Shown: positions 1-13,553 of the stretch, piece after piece
How the letters are laid out: the number at the start of each line of letters is the position of its first letter
How positions within the stretch are numbered: position 1 is the first letter of the stretch
NCBI GenBank assembly: GCA_045837725.1
Contig: JBEWZL010000017.1
Coordinates: forward strand, 62,001-96,526
DNA length: 34,526 bases
DNA from: Vermamoeba vermiformis
Lineage: Eukaryota
Direction: 5' to 3'
Notes under the pieces: model-generated
What the model saw: only the letters and a program-made list of their open reading frames with translations
What the model was told of the DNA's origin: nothing
The model's database searches: none
Made by a program: the position numbers and the translations under genes

Positions 1-396
1 AAAAATAAAACCGCGAAAGTTCACAAATAAAATTCCAAAAATATCACAGTTTAACTAAATAAAATGCTAGTATCATATGCAGCACGACATATTGAAAAAT
101 TACTTTGGTGCAAAAAGCTACATCCCACTATAAAATTTTACTTTGTAAACGTTTGTAAGAGGCTTACGAGATTAATACCGTGTTAGGGCTCGTAATATGT
201 AGTATACAACTGTGATCTGACGGACAAATGAGGGTCCGGTAACGGTACAACCTTTTTAAACTTTCTCCGCAGAAATTTTGCGTAAAATGGATTTAACAAT
301 CAAAATTCGTCACCCAGTTTGAATTAACTATTTTTCTTAATAATACACTTGTACATCAACCGTATATAATTGTAGATAGTATACTAGTAAATAGAA

Positions 397-2254
397 ATGG
401 CTGGAATTGGAACAGGGGTAAGATTCGCACTAACAATTCAAACTTGCTTATCAACTGCACCTCATCACTATTCCCTTGTTATTATATCAAACACAGCAAT
501 ATTGTGTCGGAATGCGACTATGATATGGAGATAATACACGATTAAAATCGAAAAAGTTTTTCAGATGGAAATAATATTTTTAAAAATTTATAGAACGCAG
601 TGGCAGCTTTATAATTGATTATATATCGGTTATATATTTATTTATAACGTAATATTGTATTTATATTGATTTTTTCCTCTTTAGTATGATGTATCTGCGA
701 TGACTTATTCGCCCGAAGGCAAAGTCTTCCAAATTGAATACGCACACAAAGCAGTCGATAACAGTGGGTATGTGATAATATATAGAAAGCGATTTGGACT
801 TGAAATTGATCAAATCACCTCAAAAATTTCAAACTACTTGATCGACGAAAAAATTTTCATCAATCATAAATCGACTTAAATATTACTCAAACACTTGATC
901 CATCATTACAGCATAATATATCATAATACAAATATTTTTTCCACGGTATTTTCTTTGTTCTAAGCTAGTTTTCTCATGCTAGTACCGCGATCGGTCTGCG
1001 TTGCAAAGACGGCATTGTCCTCGCCGTAGAAAAGATTGTGCCCTCAAAAATGCTCGAATCCACATCTAACAAACGCATTGGCACTATTGATGAGCACGTC
1101 GGTTGCGTAAGTACTGAAATTTAACTCGATCTGCTTTGTCGCGAACAACTTTGCTTGAAAAACTTGAAATTTGAATGTTTCTTCGTGCATATCATTAAAG
1201 TCATTATATATAGATGATATATAATGCATATTAATTGATTTTAATGTTTAGGCCATTGCTGGTTTGTTGGCTGACGGACGACAATTGATGAACAGAGCTC
1301 GCCAAGAGGCTGAATCTTATCAGTAAGTCTCCTATTAATATCTAATATAGTCCTCATTGCCATGTGAGCTATCACAATTTCCAGATAAGGAAATTATTAT
1401 TAAGATTAGAAATCGACCTCAAACTGGGCTTCTCACATTGCAAATTTTTGGTCAGAAATTAATCTTAAATCGATTTGAAAAGACTTATAGATATCATTAT
1501 ACTAATACTATTGCTATTATAGCCACAATTTCAACTCAGCTATTCCTCTGCGCGTGCTCAACGACAGAATTGCAGGATACGTTCAAATGTTCACTTTGTA
1601 CGCTTCAGTTCGACCATTCGGCTGCTCATTGATCTTCGGAGGCAAGGACATGCATGGTCCTCAATTGTTTATGGTTGAGCCTTCTGGTATTTCATATGTA
1701 AGTGACTCGCTATTGCGGATGTGGATGTGCAGATCTTTAGTCGTTACACGAAGTTACGGCTCTTCTAACTCGCAGCTAAATCAGTCTAATGTGATATATG
1801 CATTGCGTTCATGTGACTTACATATTTAATAGGGTTACTACGGCTGCGCTATTGGTAAAGCTAAGGCATCCGCCAAGACTGAAATTGAAAAGCTGAAGTT
1901 GACTGAAATGACTTGCCGCGAGGCTGTTAAGCATGCTGCTCGAATGTAAGTACCGTTAATTATATGAAGCAAGTATTGCACAGCTCTTCGTGCTTCTTAA
2001 AGACGAAGCACATCCGTGCCAAGTTAGTTTTCAGATCCGATGAACAATGTTCGATTTCTTTAATCAGCTTGCTAATATAATGTCACCATAGTATTTACTC
2101 CGTTCACGACGAGTTGAAGGACCGAGATTGGGAGTTGGAGCTCAGCTGGGTTTGCGACGAATCCAAGAACAAACACGTTCGAGTGCCTCAAGATGTTAAA
2201 GACGAAGCTGAAGCTCACGCTAAGCAAGCTTTGGAAGACGCTATGGATAGATAA
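397..2254 (+). CDS. PSMA3: 20S proteasome subunit alpha type-3 (alpha7), 7 exons
   Basis: Spliced at GT-AG introns: [52 protein letters not shown]...[10 protein letters not shown]...AKTEIEKL...WELELSWVC, ending TAA at 2252-2254. The GTGYD...SPEG..FQ.EYA signature is typical of alpha7. Confidence 0.96.
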
Positions 2255-2505
2255 ATAGTTCCTTTGTACTTTGGACGCAGTTGATCAAACAACAAGTTGC
2301 CCGCCAAAATAAATTTATTTTGCTTTTTTGATCTGCGTTGATAACCACAGTGAAGTTCATCATGATGCCGTAATGAAATGCCAACGGGAAGCAGAAGGAG
2401 CAAGGTATTCACAGAGCCAGCTAACAGTTGTAAAAATAATTCCTTCATTTAATATTTTGACTTTATTATTCACGCGTGTTATTTAATTGTAGTTAAGGAG
2501 TATTA

Positions 2506-4941
2506 ATGACAATGAAGAGTTCGACAAGTACGTAATTATATTACAAATAATTAATGCTGACTATTTTCAAAGCGTGGACGGAGTTAGAGGCCCAAGTAGA
2601 AGCGCCAGTGCTCCGAAACATCTTTCCTTGGCGAGAAATATATGAACGAAAGGACTTTGATGGCACTTACGAGAAGTAAGCAATTAGAGCCAACCCTCTA
2701 TTTTAAAATTATAACTTCGGCGTGCGTAGTGGTTGGCAGTTCTTGAATAACTGGGGTATCGGCGTCGCTCCTATGCAGTTCAGAGAGCAGTTTATGGCGA
2801 AGCACGTGCCTTCATCCTTCTTCGACAAATGGGAGGCCATTCTGACGCCAGTGCTCGCGACAGTAAGGCTTTACAATAGGATCTTATTCACTCGTTAATG
2901 TTGGATCAGCGACCGAAGAATATTAGCGACAAGTTAGTGGAGTTCTTTACTTCGCTTGATGCACCAACACAAGCGTTATTGCCGAGCGACTTTCCCTCAA
3001 AGGCCTCACTAGTTTACGACGCGCTGTATCAGTTTGACAAAAGGGACACCGAGTGGAGTGCGGTTGATTTAGAAACCAAAGTACACAGCATTTGGCACCA
3101 ATTTTTTCGAGACTTTTCTCAAACCCCCACGCATTCTCACCATCGACCAACTGAAGTGCATATCTACAGCGATAAGGAGATGACGCAAGTTCCAAAAGGC
3201 GATGAGATACATTTATACCCTAATTTGATCGTGGAAAATCAAACGGGTGTGCCTTGCATAATCGTGGAGAATGGTGATGAAGAAGCTGTCTTCACGGAGC
3301 ACAAAAACAGCTTTAAAGTGCTCGCGGAAGGCAGGCTCGCTGACACCTACACTTTAAGTCACTTTGAAACTAACACCGCTCAATGCTTCGCTGTCGTAAA
3401 TGGCGGGCACACCATGTCAATAGTAGAACTGTCTTCTACACTAACTATTGAACAGCTACCTGATGGTAGTTCAAAATCATCGAGATCGTATTCTGCCTCG
3501 TTCATTAGCGACAATGAGGTCACGGAAGGAGGTGTGACAGTGACCTATGACTTGGCGAACTATTCGGCGATCATTGGCCTGTTTGTGGCCCTCTTCATTG
3601 CAAGCGCAAAAATGAATTATAATAGGCGAGACAAACCACTCACGTTCACTCACCCCGAAGTTGCGCAGTCCGTCAAGTCCAAAACAAAAGTTGACCAACA
3701 TACACCAAATAAGAATACGAACCAGCAGAGTAGAGGCAATAACAATGCTCCAAAGACTGACAAGAAAAAAACCGCTGCGAGTGAGCCACAACAGCGCACA
3801 CCGTTCCCTGAGTCTTCGAAATTGAAGTTGAAGCGCTGCTATTTGGCTGTTGAAGTCCGGGAGGTACATCGAAACATTAGACGCATGACTTATGATTTGT
3901 GTGGCAAAGTACGTAATCCAATTAGAGACCAATAATCACAAATGAAAGTCGCCTAACTTTATTCTAGGTCCTTCCGATTTCAAAAGTTGGTGAAATTCCG
4001 ACGGAATTTGCTTTGCAGATGCAACTGGACCACCCTCATATTTTGAAGATTGAAGAGCTTGTGTACGATGAATACAACAACTATTGCATGTCCGTCACTC
4101 CTTGGATCAAATACGCCATTGAGATGAGACGAAGTGCCAAGGAGAATGCTATGATTGCTAAAGGAGTGCTAGAGGCATTGGTCTATTTGCATGACAATGG
4201 CATTGTGCATGCGGATGTGAAAGTTGACAATGTCGTTGCAAAAATTAAGGAGCGGAGTCCCGAGAGTCAAGTTACACTGATGCACGCCTATCTCATTGAC
4301 TTTGGCGTTTCTTTTTATGCCAGAGCACCACGTAAGGACTTCATTGTGGTACATAGCGCGTCTTCTCACACTATTTCAGCGAAGGAAATTCGCGGAACGT
4401 TCCCTTACATCGCGCCTGAGGTCGTTCAAAACAAGTGTTGCTCGGCTGCAATGGATGTGTGGGGCTTTGGATTGCTGCTGGTTGAGTTGGTATGTTCAGG
4501 ATAGGCTTGTTTGACCCGTTAGGCATCGACTTCATATAACAGAACCTTTTCTAACTGTCATTAATCGGATAGTTCTGTGGATTTTTTGCGAGTCTCGCAA
4601 GAGAGGTGGATGTGAAGCAAGTCGCACGAGATTGGTACAATAGGTCAGTCTGAATATGTCGTAAATGCCGTACTTATTACCATAATATATACAGCCGGCA
4701 ATACAAATTTAAGCTCGTTGAAGTATTATTTGATTTGGTGTGGATGTGTCTCGAAGAAGATCCGCAAAAAAGAATTACCGCAAAACAAGCGTTGCAACAT
4801 CCGTTCTGGGCAGAAGTAGCAAATTCTGATCCATTCGATCCAGTCGTGCGATTCATTCTCGGAAATGAGTTCAATTTAGAGCTGCCCTATGACTGGGCTG
4901 CTGTAGCAGAAAAAGAGAAAGGCCAGATTACTGCGCCATGA
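2506..4941 (+). CDS. Atypical non-RD Ser/Thr protein kinase with a long N-terminal region, about 7 exons; may extend to 5055 past the TGA
   Basis: Exons join in frame. Kinase motifs: LCGK (beta3 Lys), PTE (alphaC), LDHPHILK, IVHADVKVDN, IDFG, GTFPYIAPE, DVWGFG, DPQKRITAKQALQHPF. No GxGxxG loop is visible. Confidence 0.85.
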
Positions 4942-5271
4942 GCAGAAAAAAGAAAAAGATCGTTTGGAAAGAACAATACTAAGCAGTATAGGCCCAAGAA
5001 AGCTACCGGGACCGCAGTGCGTCACGTGCTTGGTGACATTACAAATAACATGTAATTCGTCATTATTTTGGTATCTAGATTGTTAATTTGTACATGAATT
5101 GTATATTTTGTAAAGAATCTTGAAATTTAAAACAAGTATAAGGTTAAATTCAAATTTTCTCGGAGAAACGGAGAAATATTCACCCTAATTTCTACCGTCA
5201 ATGAATATCGCCGTACAACATCCAACTATAAAACCCAACTAATATGCATTGCCAATCAGCATCAAACCAAC

Positions 5272-6600
5272 ATGTCGTACAGTCGCGTAAAGATAAATCA
5301 TTACGGAGATCCGGCTACAGTTCTCTCGTTTGAGACAGCCACCGGTATTCCAGCTCCGGCTGAAAATGAAATAGTTATTCAAGTAACAGCTAGTCCTATT
5401 TATCCTTTCGATTTTGCGTGCATTAAAGGTACTCCAATAATCGCGATCGCATCTGAACTTACTTTGATCAAACAGGTGTTCGTCATGATGGTGGTACTAC
5501 TCCTGAATTCACTAGCCCTGGTAGCGAAGGTATAATTTTCAGCTAGATTCAGCATCGTAACTTGTTTGTTAGGTGTCGGTCACATTCGCGCCGTAGGCAA
5601 GAACATCAGCGAGTTCACTATTGGTCAGCGTGTGTCCTTTTTCTCGTATTCAGGTACAATACCTAATTTTGTCGTATAGCCAACGCCTTCTAACTGATCG
5701 TAGGTGCTTGGTCCGAATACCTCGTGATGAAAGCGCCGTTCGAGTTCGTTGTTCCGGTGCCTGACACTCTTCCCGACTCCGCTGCAGGACAATTTCCGAT
5801 CAATCAACTGACAATGTACGGCTTATTTGATGACTCCGATGCATCACCTGATGATTGGATTCTTCAAACTGCCGCTGGGTCGGTTCTCGGTCAAATGGCA
5901 ATCGAGTTTGCAAAGTATGATGAAATCCACGCAGATCCGTTTTAATTCTAAACTTTTAGAGTAAAGAAATTGAAAATGATCAACGTTGTTCGTCGTAAAG
6001 AACAAGTTGAGCAATTGAAGGCTCGCTATGGAGCTGAAACTCAAGTGGTTGTTTTTGACGGATCCAACGAAGCGGATGCCTTGGCTGAAGTAAACGCGAT
6101 TACGGGCGACAAAGGCGTTAATATAGGTAAGAGTATTCATCTTTAAAAAATAGTTAATGTTATTAACGGATCGCAATTAGTTTTTGAAGCAGTTGGCAGC
6201 ACGACTTTTGAATTCGCTCTGAAAGCGCTAGCTCCCCGTGGTCGCTTGTTATCCTACGGCGCAATGAGCGGCAATTATAACATGCAAGTGTCTTTCGGAG
6301 TCTTAATTTCAAAGTCTCCTAGAATAGAAGGTATGAATTCTGCTGTTGGTGTAGATCCATTCTGACAAGGAAATTTCGGTAGGATTTGCTGTCACGGAGT
6401 GGTTAGCCCGCAAATCGCCCGCAGAGAAGAAAAAAATAATCGACGAGCTTATTGACTTGATGGTATCAAAGAAAATAGTGCCAGCACTTGAATCCGTGTA
6501 CCGCTTAGAAGACTTCAAAGAGGCGATTGCTAAAACTACGACTCCCGGCAAATTGGGTCGAATCTTTTTAGCGGCTCATCCTGAGAAGGTTACGAAGTGA
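5272..6600 (+). CDS. Medium-chain dehydrogenase/reductase, zinc-independent, enoyl-thioester reductase/quinone oxidoreductase-like, 7 exons
   Basis: SPIYPFD, PGSEGVG, GQRV, GAWSEY, LQTAAGSVLGQM, INVVRR, LAPRGRLLSYGAMSG, GKLGRIFL. All introns are GT-AG and the frame is intact. Confidence 0.9.
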
Positions 6601-6750
6601 TCTTCATCAGTGTCGTTCATGAACGAGAAAGTACGTGGCAAAGCCTAATTTTGACCTGTACCATTAATATTCATTCGAGTCCTATTAACATAAATTTATA
6701 CTTTTTACATAATTACATCAAAATTTGAATTCTTTTCTGCGAAAATTTCG

Positions 6751-8848
6751 TTAAACTTGTTGCAACGAAGCACTATTGTTGTTCGTCTGCTTCTTATTGG
6801 TCGAGTCTGGGTTTGACCAAATCGAACTGCCGCTAGATTTCGCAGAACTAGGTACTGCAAATGCAGTTATTTGCGAGGCACTGACCAGGGCTAATAAACT
6901 GAACACGACGAACCAGATCGAGTAAAATCCCCACGGCACCCAAAGTAGACTTGTTAGACCTCCTACAGCCACCATTATAGCCCAACATATTAATGCTGAA
7001 CTGCTGAAGAAGATCAAGTACGTTGTCTAAATAAGGAAAGTTAGTACTAAAATTTCCTAATTAGGAAAAAATACTGTACCATTCTGACCAATTTTTTCCG
7101 ATGCTCTGGGGCTGAAGCAACATCTTTTGCCTTATTTAGAATGACCATAATTCTGATGCCAGTAATAAAGAAGAAAATTGCTGTCGCGAGCACAATTACA
7201 ATGTAAATTATTCCGCTGACCAGCACAAATGTTCCGACTGCAAATGCCAAACCACGTGCAATGGCTGTAGCGAGTTCTAGGGCTAATAATAGACCAAATA
7301 TGATCCAGAATACTATGCGTAGCTTATCCAAGAATTGATTCATGCGGATCTTGATTTTTCGAAGAAGTTCGTGCCTACATCCGGATGTGGTCAAAAAAAG
7401 TATCAATCACGTGATATGTTCGGCTTACCAATAGAAGGATATTAATAAGAAGCTCATAATGCTAAAAGGCCAACTGAGAGTATACAACATTTGATTCAAC
7501 AGCACTGGAAAGATAACTCGCGATTGGATCGGATCCACAATTACCGCTAGAAATCTCACTATAGAAGTGTATTATAAGAATATTTTAATATAATGTTGCT
7601 ATATTTGGTACTCACGTAAATTAGCGATCAATTCGAACCACAAAACAGTCTGCGGAACGGATCGTTCGAATCCTTTGACTTGAACCCACCGCACTTGCTT
7701 GTAAATAGCATATGCTATATTAATTCCAATAAATACGGGGTGTATTACTTCGAAGGCTATCATAGCACCTGAAGTGTACATTGCTGTCCACGGATTCGGA
7801 TCTGGATTTGAATTTTAATTAGATCTTACCAAAAATGAGCTCCAATGCTTAATAATTATACAATATATGCATATTATTCAACTTTAAAGGTTTTTTAAGG
7901 CTGGGGTTGGCTTAAGAAGCGTTAATTAATTACGTACCGTCAGATGTGATCTGCACCGTTACATTTCCGTACTTGTCCAAGTAGGCCCATAATTTTTCAG
8001 TACTAGGCCTAGATATAATAACCATAGGTATATTAATGTCTGTAGTATCTGTTCCGTCCCAATTATAGGCTGCTAAGCCACAGTAGGTAACTACATTGAA
8101 CAAATTAAAATCAAGCCAAATATTTTTAATTATGAATTTAAACCTTAAATTTAAGAATAAATATAAATACGTACCATTAGCGGCTAATTGTAGACTGATT
8201 ATTGCCATTGGCGATTTTGATTTGAGATCGCGCGCCGTTTGTTGATCTCCAAAGGCACTTCGTATCATAACGATTCTATATTCATAAATAATCAGCTATT
8301 TACACGATTTAGATCAAATAAATTATTAAGTACAAAAAAGGAAATTGACTATCGGATCCCTCCTGCTGGCCTCAAAAACAAATGAAAACCCAAAAGTACA
8401 TCGATGTACTTTTAATATTGCTAATATTATTGCTATTGTGTGACGCGTTTTGATTTTACGTACTTGTTAGTGGGATCCGTATCATTGGAAGTCGTCAGTT
8501 GCCCGATTATATTAAAAGACCAATCTCTCGGTCCTACTAACACTTGACGAGGACTTAAAAATTCCTGTAAATATAATTAAGTTAGCGTATTAAGTAACTT
8601 AAGTTGCGTTAACTGGATCCTCGGATAAATCGCTTGACTTAACATACTTCACCAGCAATCTCTTCAGGTGCTATAATTCTTAAAGATAAACCTAGGAATA
8701 GAGATATTAGAATAATTCTTGGGTCGCAAAATTTTGGTACGGATCCAGCCGCGACTGTAATTAACAGCTTAACAGAAAAGATCGTATAATTAAAATTATT
8801 TGATATTAGCAAGACCAAGGCTAAGGTTCCTGAAGTTAGTAGCTTCAT
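6751..8848 (-). CDS. Multi-pass membrane protein: extracellular PA-like domain followed by about 7 TM helices; 5' end uncertain
   Basis: Spliced exons give KIVMIR...INIPMVIIS...GNVTVQI (PA-like), then DPNPW and about seven hydrophobic segments (VDPI, ISFYWHE), with a Ser-rich tail ending TAA. Confidence 0.7.
8392..8413. repeat. Perfect 22-bp palindrome AAAAGTACATCGATGTACTTTT inside an intron
   Basis: The sequence equals its own reverse complement. Confidence 0.9.
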
Positions 8849-9133
8849 ATTTACAACCTTATTGCTACGCTAATTTTACTAGTTGTCAAACGCTGTATGC
8901 CGTTGGCATTACGAATTTACATGGACTAGGTAAATTGGGTTGAAAAGGTTAAATGAAATAATCTATCTGCCAAATGAGATTTATCCAAATTAGGAAACAA
9001 TTTAGAAACTTTAAGTTTCAGCAACTCGATTCAAAAACAAAACGAATATGAACAAAATATTTTCTAGCCTTATAAAACAAACAAAAATTTAATTAATCTC
9101 GATCAGATCTGCAGTTACCAGTCGCCGCATCCG

Positions 9134-12100
9134 TTATTTCTTGCTAAGCTTGAAGGTCAAGACTTGGAATGGCTTGTACTTGAAGGTCACGCTCTTCGAA
9201 TCAAACGAGACCACATTCGACTTGTCACTCGCCACGTCTTCTTCGAGCAAGTTGCACTCAGTCACGTGATCAAATGCAAAGCACGTGTTCAGCGTCGCAG
9301 TGCCACGACCTCCGAATGATTCCCAAATACGCACTATGATCTCATTGGTCGCGCCAGACTCAGGAAGCTTAATGCTTTCCAAGACCAAGTTGTTCTTGTC
9401 CACGTTGAAGTAGGAGATGTCACGCACATCTATGGGACGTTAGTATTGAGTTGATGCAAATAATGGTGTACCTTTGTTGGCAGCACTCATGACGATCAAT
9501 GGCTCGTTGAAGTTGTAGCCGTGTTGCACGAGATTGGCTTGGTAAATGTCGCCTTCGTGAGGCATCACCGCGAACCTGTAGAGCACGTGTCAATAAGAAC
9601 TAAGCACTATATATATTGTGCGTACTTGAAGTGGTGGTGGCCCATGTCTGCTGTCTCGTCGGGTAACTTTGGTGAGCGCAACAAACTCAAGCGCATGACG
9701 TTGTTCTCAGTGGTGTAGCCATCTATTAGCGATTAGTTAATTGCCTAATTATGCAAATTATACTTACATTTGCAATCGTTCAACAATGCAACACCAAAGC
9801 CGTACTCGGATAAATCGGCCCAGTGGTGACCACACACTTCGAACTTAGCCAAGTCCCACTGTAAAGGATTAGGAGAGCTGCAATATAGGTACACGCGTCT
9901 TGGTACTTACGGAGGTGTTGCGGTGAGTAGGACGACGGATGTGGCCGAATTGTGAGCTGTAAGTAGCGTAGTCGTTGTGTACGGCAAGAGGGAACTCGAC
10001 CTTCAAGAACTTTCTGTTCTCGTGCCAGTCCACTGAACAACTGAACTCGAGACGAGAGCTGACTGCATCGAGTGTCACGTATTGTTTCATGTGGCTGTGC
10101 TCGCCAAGCTTGTACTTGAACTCAACGCCAACGCGCAAAGGACCTGAAGGAAAGTTAGTATTAGGGTCACGAAGTACGAGTCTCGTGATGTTTTTCCGGG
10201 GTACCTTGCTCGACAATATTGAACTCTTGGCCTTCAGCAACAACTTCTTGGCGCTTGTCGGTGTGATAGACAAACACGTCCCACGCGTCCCAGAAGAACG
10301 GCATGTCCTCGAACAAGACAAAGTGATTGGCGCCGTGATGCGATTGGCCGAGTTCAATGGACTCGCGGCCGGTAGCTTTGTGAATCAAGCTGACAAGCGA
10401 GCCATCGACTTTGAACTGTGCTTTCAACTCGGAGTTCTCGAGCACGAGCAATTTGTTGCCTGATTTGTCGTTTTGCACGGTGAAGGTCACTGGAGTCACG
10501 TGACTTTCATCAATCTTTGCGACCTTCACACCAACAGGCAATGCTGAAACAACACCTAAACAATACAATAAGAACGGTGCTAGGTTGTTTGGACTATCGA
10601 CATACCCAATGGCTTGTTATTGTGCGACATTTGTTTGGCGTGTTTGCCGAGGTTGTCGGGTAATTCAACGACTTCGTGTCGAGGCCAAGCAAGCGTGTTG
10701 ATGACTGCAACGGCATTGGCATGGCTGACCATAGGTTTTTGTGCGGCTTCAGTGAGACTGGCCTCAGTGGTCAAAGTGTTCAAGGCCTGCTTTAACAACG
10801 CCTCGCCCTTGTGTTTCATTTCAGCGTAGTGCTCGTTCGAGTCAACGTACACGGCACCAATGGACGAGCCAGGAATGACGTCGTGGAATTGGTTCAAAAG
10901 GAGTTGTTTCCATAAATAGTCGAGTTCTTTGGCGGGATATTCCGCGTGTTTTTCCAAATTAGCAATCGTTGCAAGAATTTCAATGTCGCGGAACAAAAAC
11001 TCGTTCTTTCTATTGTACAGCTTGTTCTTGGCTTGCGTGGTGTACGTGCCTTGATGCAACTCGAAATACTAAAAAAGGAAATTAATACAACTTCGTTCAT
11101 GAACGAAAATTTTTACGGTACCAATTCGCCGACCCACGTGGGAATGTCATCCGCAGTTGCTTTGACCTTCTTGAAGTATTCGAATGGCGTGCTCATGTCT
11201 ATTTTAGGCATGCCATCAAGATCTTTGAAACGAACCAATCGTTCCAGCATGTCGGGACGTGGACCACCTATTCAAGCACCATCATGTGAGTCCTTTGCAC
11301 TGTCAGAAAAATATTAATGTGAACTTACCTCCACCGTCACCTCTGCCGTACAACAAAACAGTTTCATTGCTCTTGTCTTTGTTTTTGAAATTTTCAACCG
11401 TGTACAAAATCTGCATAAAAAGATATCATTAGTGGACTTTCACTATTGTAATATCAATCTTAAGGCCAGGTACCTCTTTGACATTAGCCTCCGAGCAGTA
11501 CGTGTCAGCAGGCGGGAAGTGCGTCAAGACTGAAGTACCATCGAGTCCCTGCCAATAAAACGTGTTGCTCGGCATCTTGTTGAACAAGTTCCACGACAAC
11601 TTTTGCGTCAAAAAGAATTCCATGCCGGAGCCCTTAATGATTTGCGGCAGTTGTGCGGAATAACCAAAAGTATCGGGCAACCAAAACTCCGTGCACTTAT
11701 GTCCGAATTCTTTTTCGAAGAATTTCTGGCCCAATAAGAATTGACGCACTAACGACTCGCCCGACGGAATATTACAGTCCATTTCGACCCAGGTGCCACC
11801 AGTCGGAACAAATCTGCCTTCTTTGGCCTTATCTTGCATGCGCTTGAATAATCCCGGATAATTTTCTTTCATCCACGCGAATTGCTGGGCTTGCGAGGCA
11901 ACGAATTTGTACTCGGGATAATCCGCCATGTAACGGATCTGGGTCGACCAGCTATAATAGCGGATAAATATCTATTTCCTAATTTGGAAATACCCATTCT
12001 TTACCTTCTGGCGCATTTTCTGCGAGTCTCGCTATAAGTCCAAAGCCAAGCTGTATCAATGTGGCAATGGCCTGAAAGAAGTATTGCATTAGATTTATAT

Positions 12101-13553
12101 GATTTCCTTATTTGGTAATAGAACCTGTATACCTGAAGCGTAAATAGTGTGCTGCGATTGACCGTTCTTTTGCTTCAAGAACTCATTGGCGATTTCTTTG
12201 CCTTTCTTGTACGAAGTTCTATCACCGACAAAAATAGCATTGGTCTATTATACAATATAATTAATAAATATTAATATTATGTGCCTCATTCTTACGATTT
12301 TTCTAGCGGTTTCAGCGGCCTGCCAAGCACGATTTGATTGCGCGGGCAAAAGCTTCAAAAAATGATTACTAACGGTACGTAATACATAATAGTATTTAAT
12401 ATAGGTACTTTGGCCATATCATTAATGACTTGCAAGTCAAATAACAGGTCTTTGACTTCGTTGTCGATGACCGCAATTTCGCATTGAACTAACGTGAACT
12501 TCTTATCGGGTGTAGGAGGGCATAGGAAGCCTATAATAGTACGTTATTAGTAGATAAACAACGGATAGGTCGTTGATTAGAAATAGTCATGAGCGGAAGC
12601 TCGTGTAAAAGCAAACTTGATCCAGATCAAAAAATTAAATTGGATTAGGTTAATTTAGATTAAATATTAAACGCAAACATATTCATATAAATAATATTGT
12701 ATATAATTGGCATTGAGTTACTTACCTTTAGCACCAGGATTGCCAAACATGCCCGTGCAACTGACTTCGAGCATAAAATTGAACTTTTGACCGGTTTTAG
12801 CACTCTTCGTCAAGATATATTCAGCGCGTCTATTGTCGTCAGTACCACCGCATAAACCTATGAAATAAAAATCTTATTTTAGACACGCGATCGGATTGAC
12901 TTGAAAATTGCAACAGGTCGGCTATCATTTGACAGATAATTGCATTATTATTGCAAATGCAATTCAAATCGTATAAAATAGTGCCATTTAATATTAATTA
13001 CCTTGTTGAGGCTCGCCATTCTCCCAGATCATGGCTTCGCATCCACAATCCCAGATAAAGTGAACTTCTTGACCATCAAAGTCCTCGGGAATAGTAATCT
13101 CGGCTAATTATGGTGATAATTAGGGAACGGGCTGCGTAATTGATAAAATTCAATTTGAAAATCAAAAAAATCAAAAAATTTCAAAAATTATAGACTAGCA
13201 TAATTAGGCCTGACGGTTATATAGCGTGCATAATATTAAATATAAAACACAAATAATATTAAAATAATTATTTTACCTTTCACCCAATGTGTAGACCAAG
13301 AAGGACCAAACGAGTGGCCAATAGCGATAGGGGTATAAGTTTGATTTAAAGCATCGCTATATTTAAAGCTATCAGTATGATTAGGGCTCGGATTAGGCAC
13401 CGAATAAGATGCGAGCTTGATGGCAGTCGAATCTCGCTTTGAGTAGAGTTTGCTCGCCAAGTTGACGTCATTCCATTGATTAGAGGGATCAATGAACTTC
13501 TCTACGCGTTCGATAGTAATATCTTTAAGCTTTTGCGTGTAAGCAATCGACAT
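9134..13553 (-). CDS. MAN2C1: Cytosolic/vacuolar GH38 alpha-mannosidase (MAN2C1/Ams1 type), about 17 exons
   Basis: [116 protein letters not shown]. Frame intact across all exons checked. Confidence 0.96.

Noticed and set aside
418-2090. Intronic snoRNAs in the longer PSMA3 introns
   Set aside because: Only small hairpins (e.g. GTGCTTC/GAAGCAC near 1991-2010); no paired C/D or H/ACA boxes.
6601-6648. Readthrough extension after the MDR gene TGA
   Set aside because: The domain is already complete, and the 15-codon extension has no recognisable motif such as a PTS1.
9134-13553. Full reassignment of UGA or UAG to an amino acid
   Set aside because: Conserved genes such as the mannosidase, PSMA3, NTH1 and HIBCH have no internal TGA/TAG and use TGG, TGY and CAR normally.
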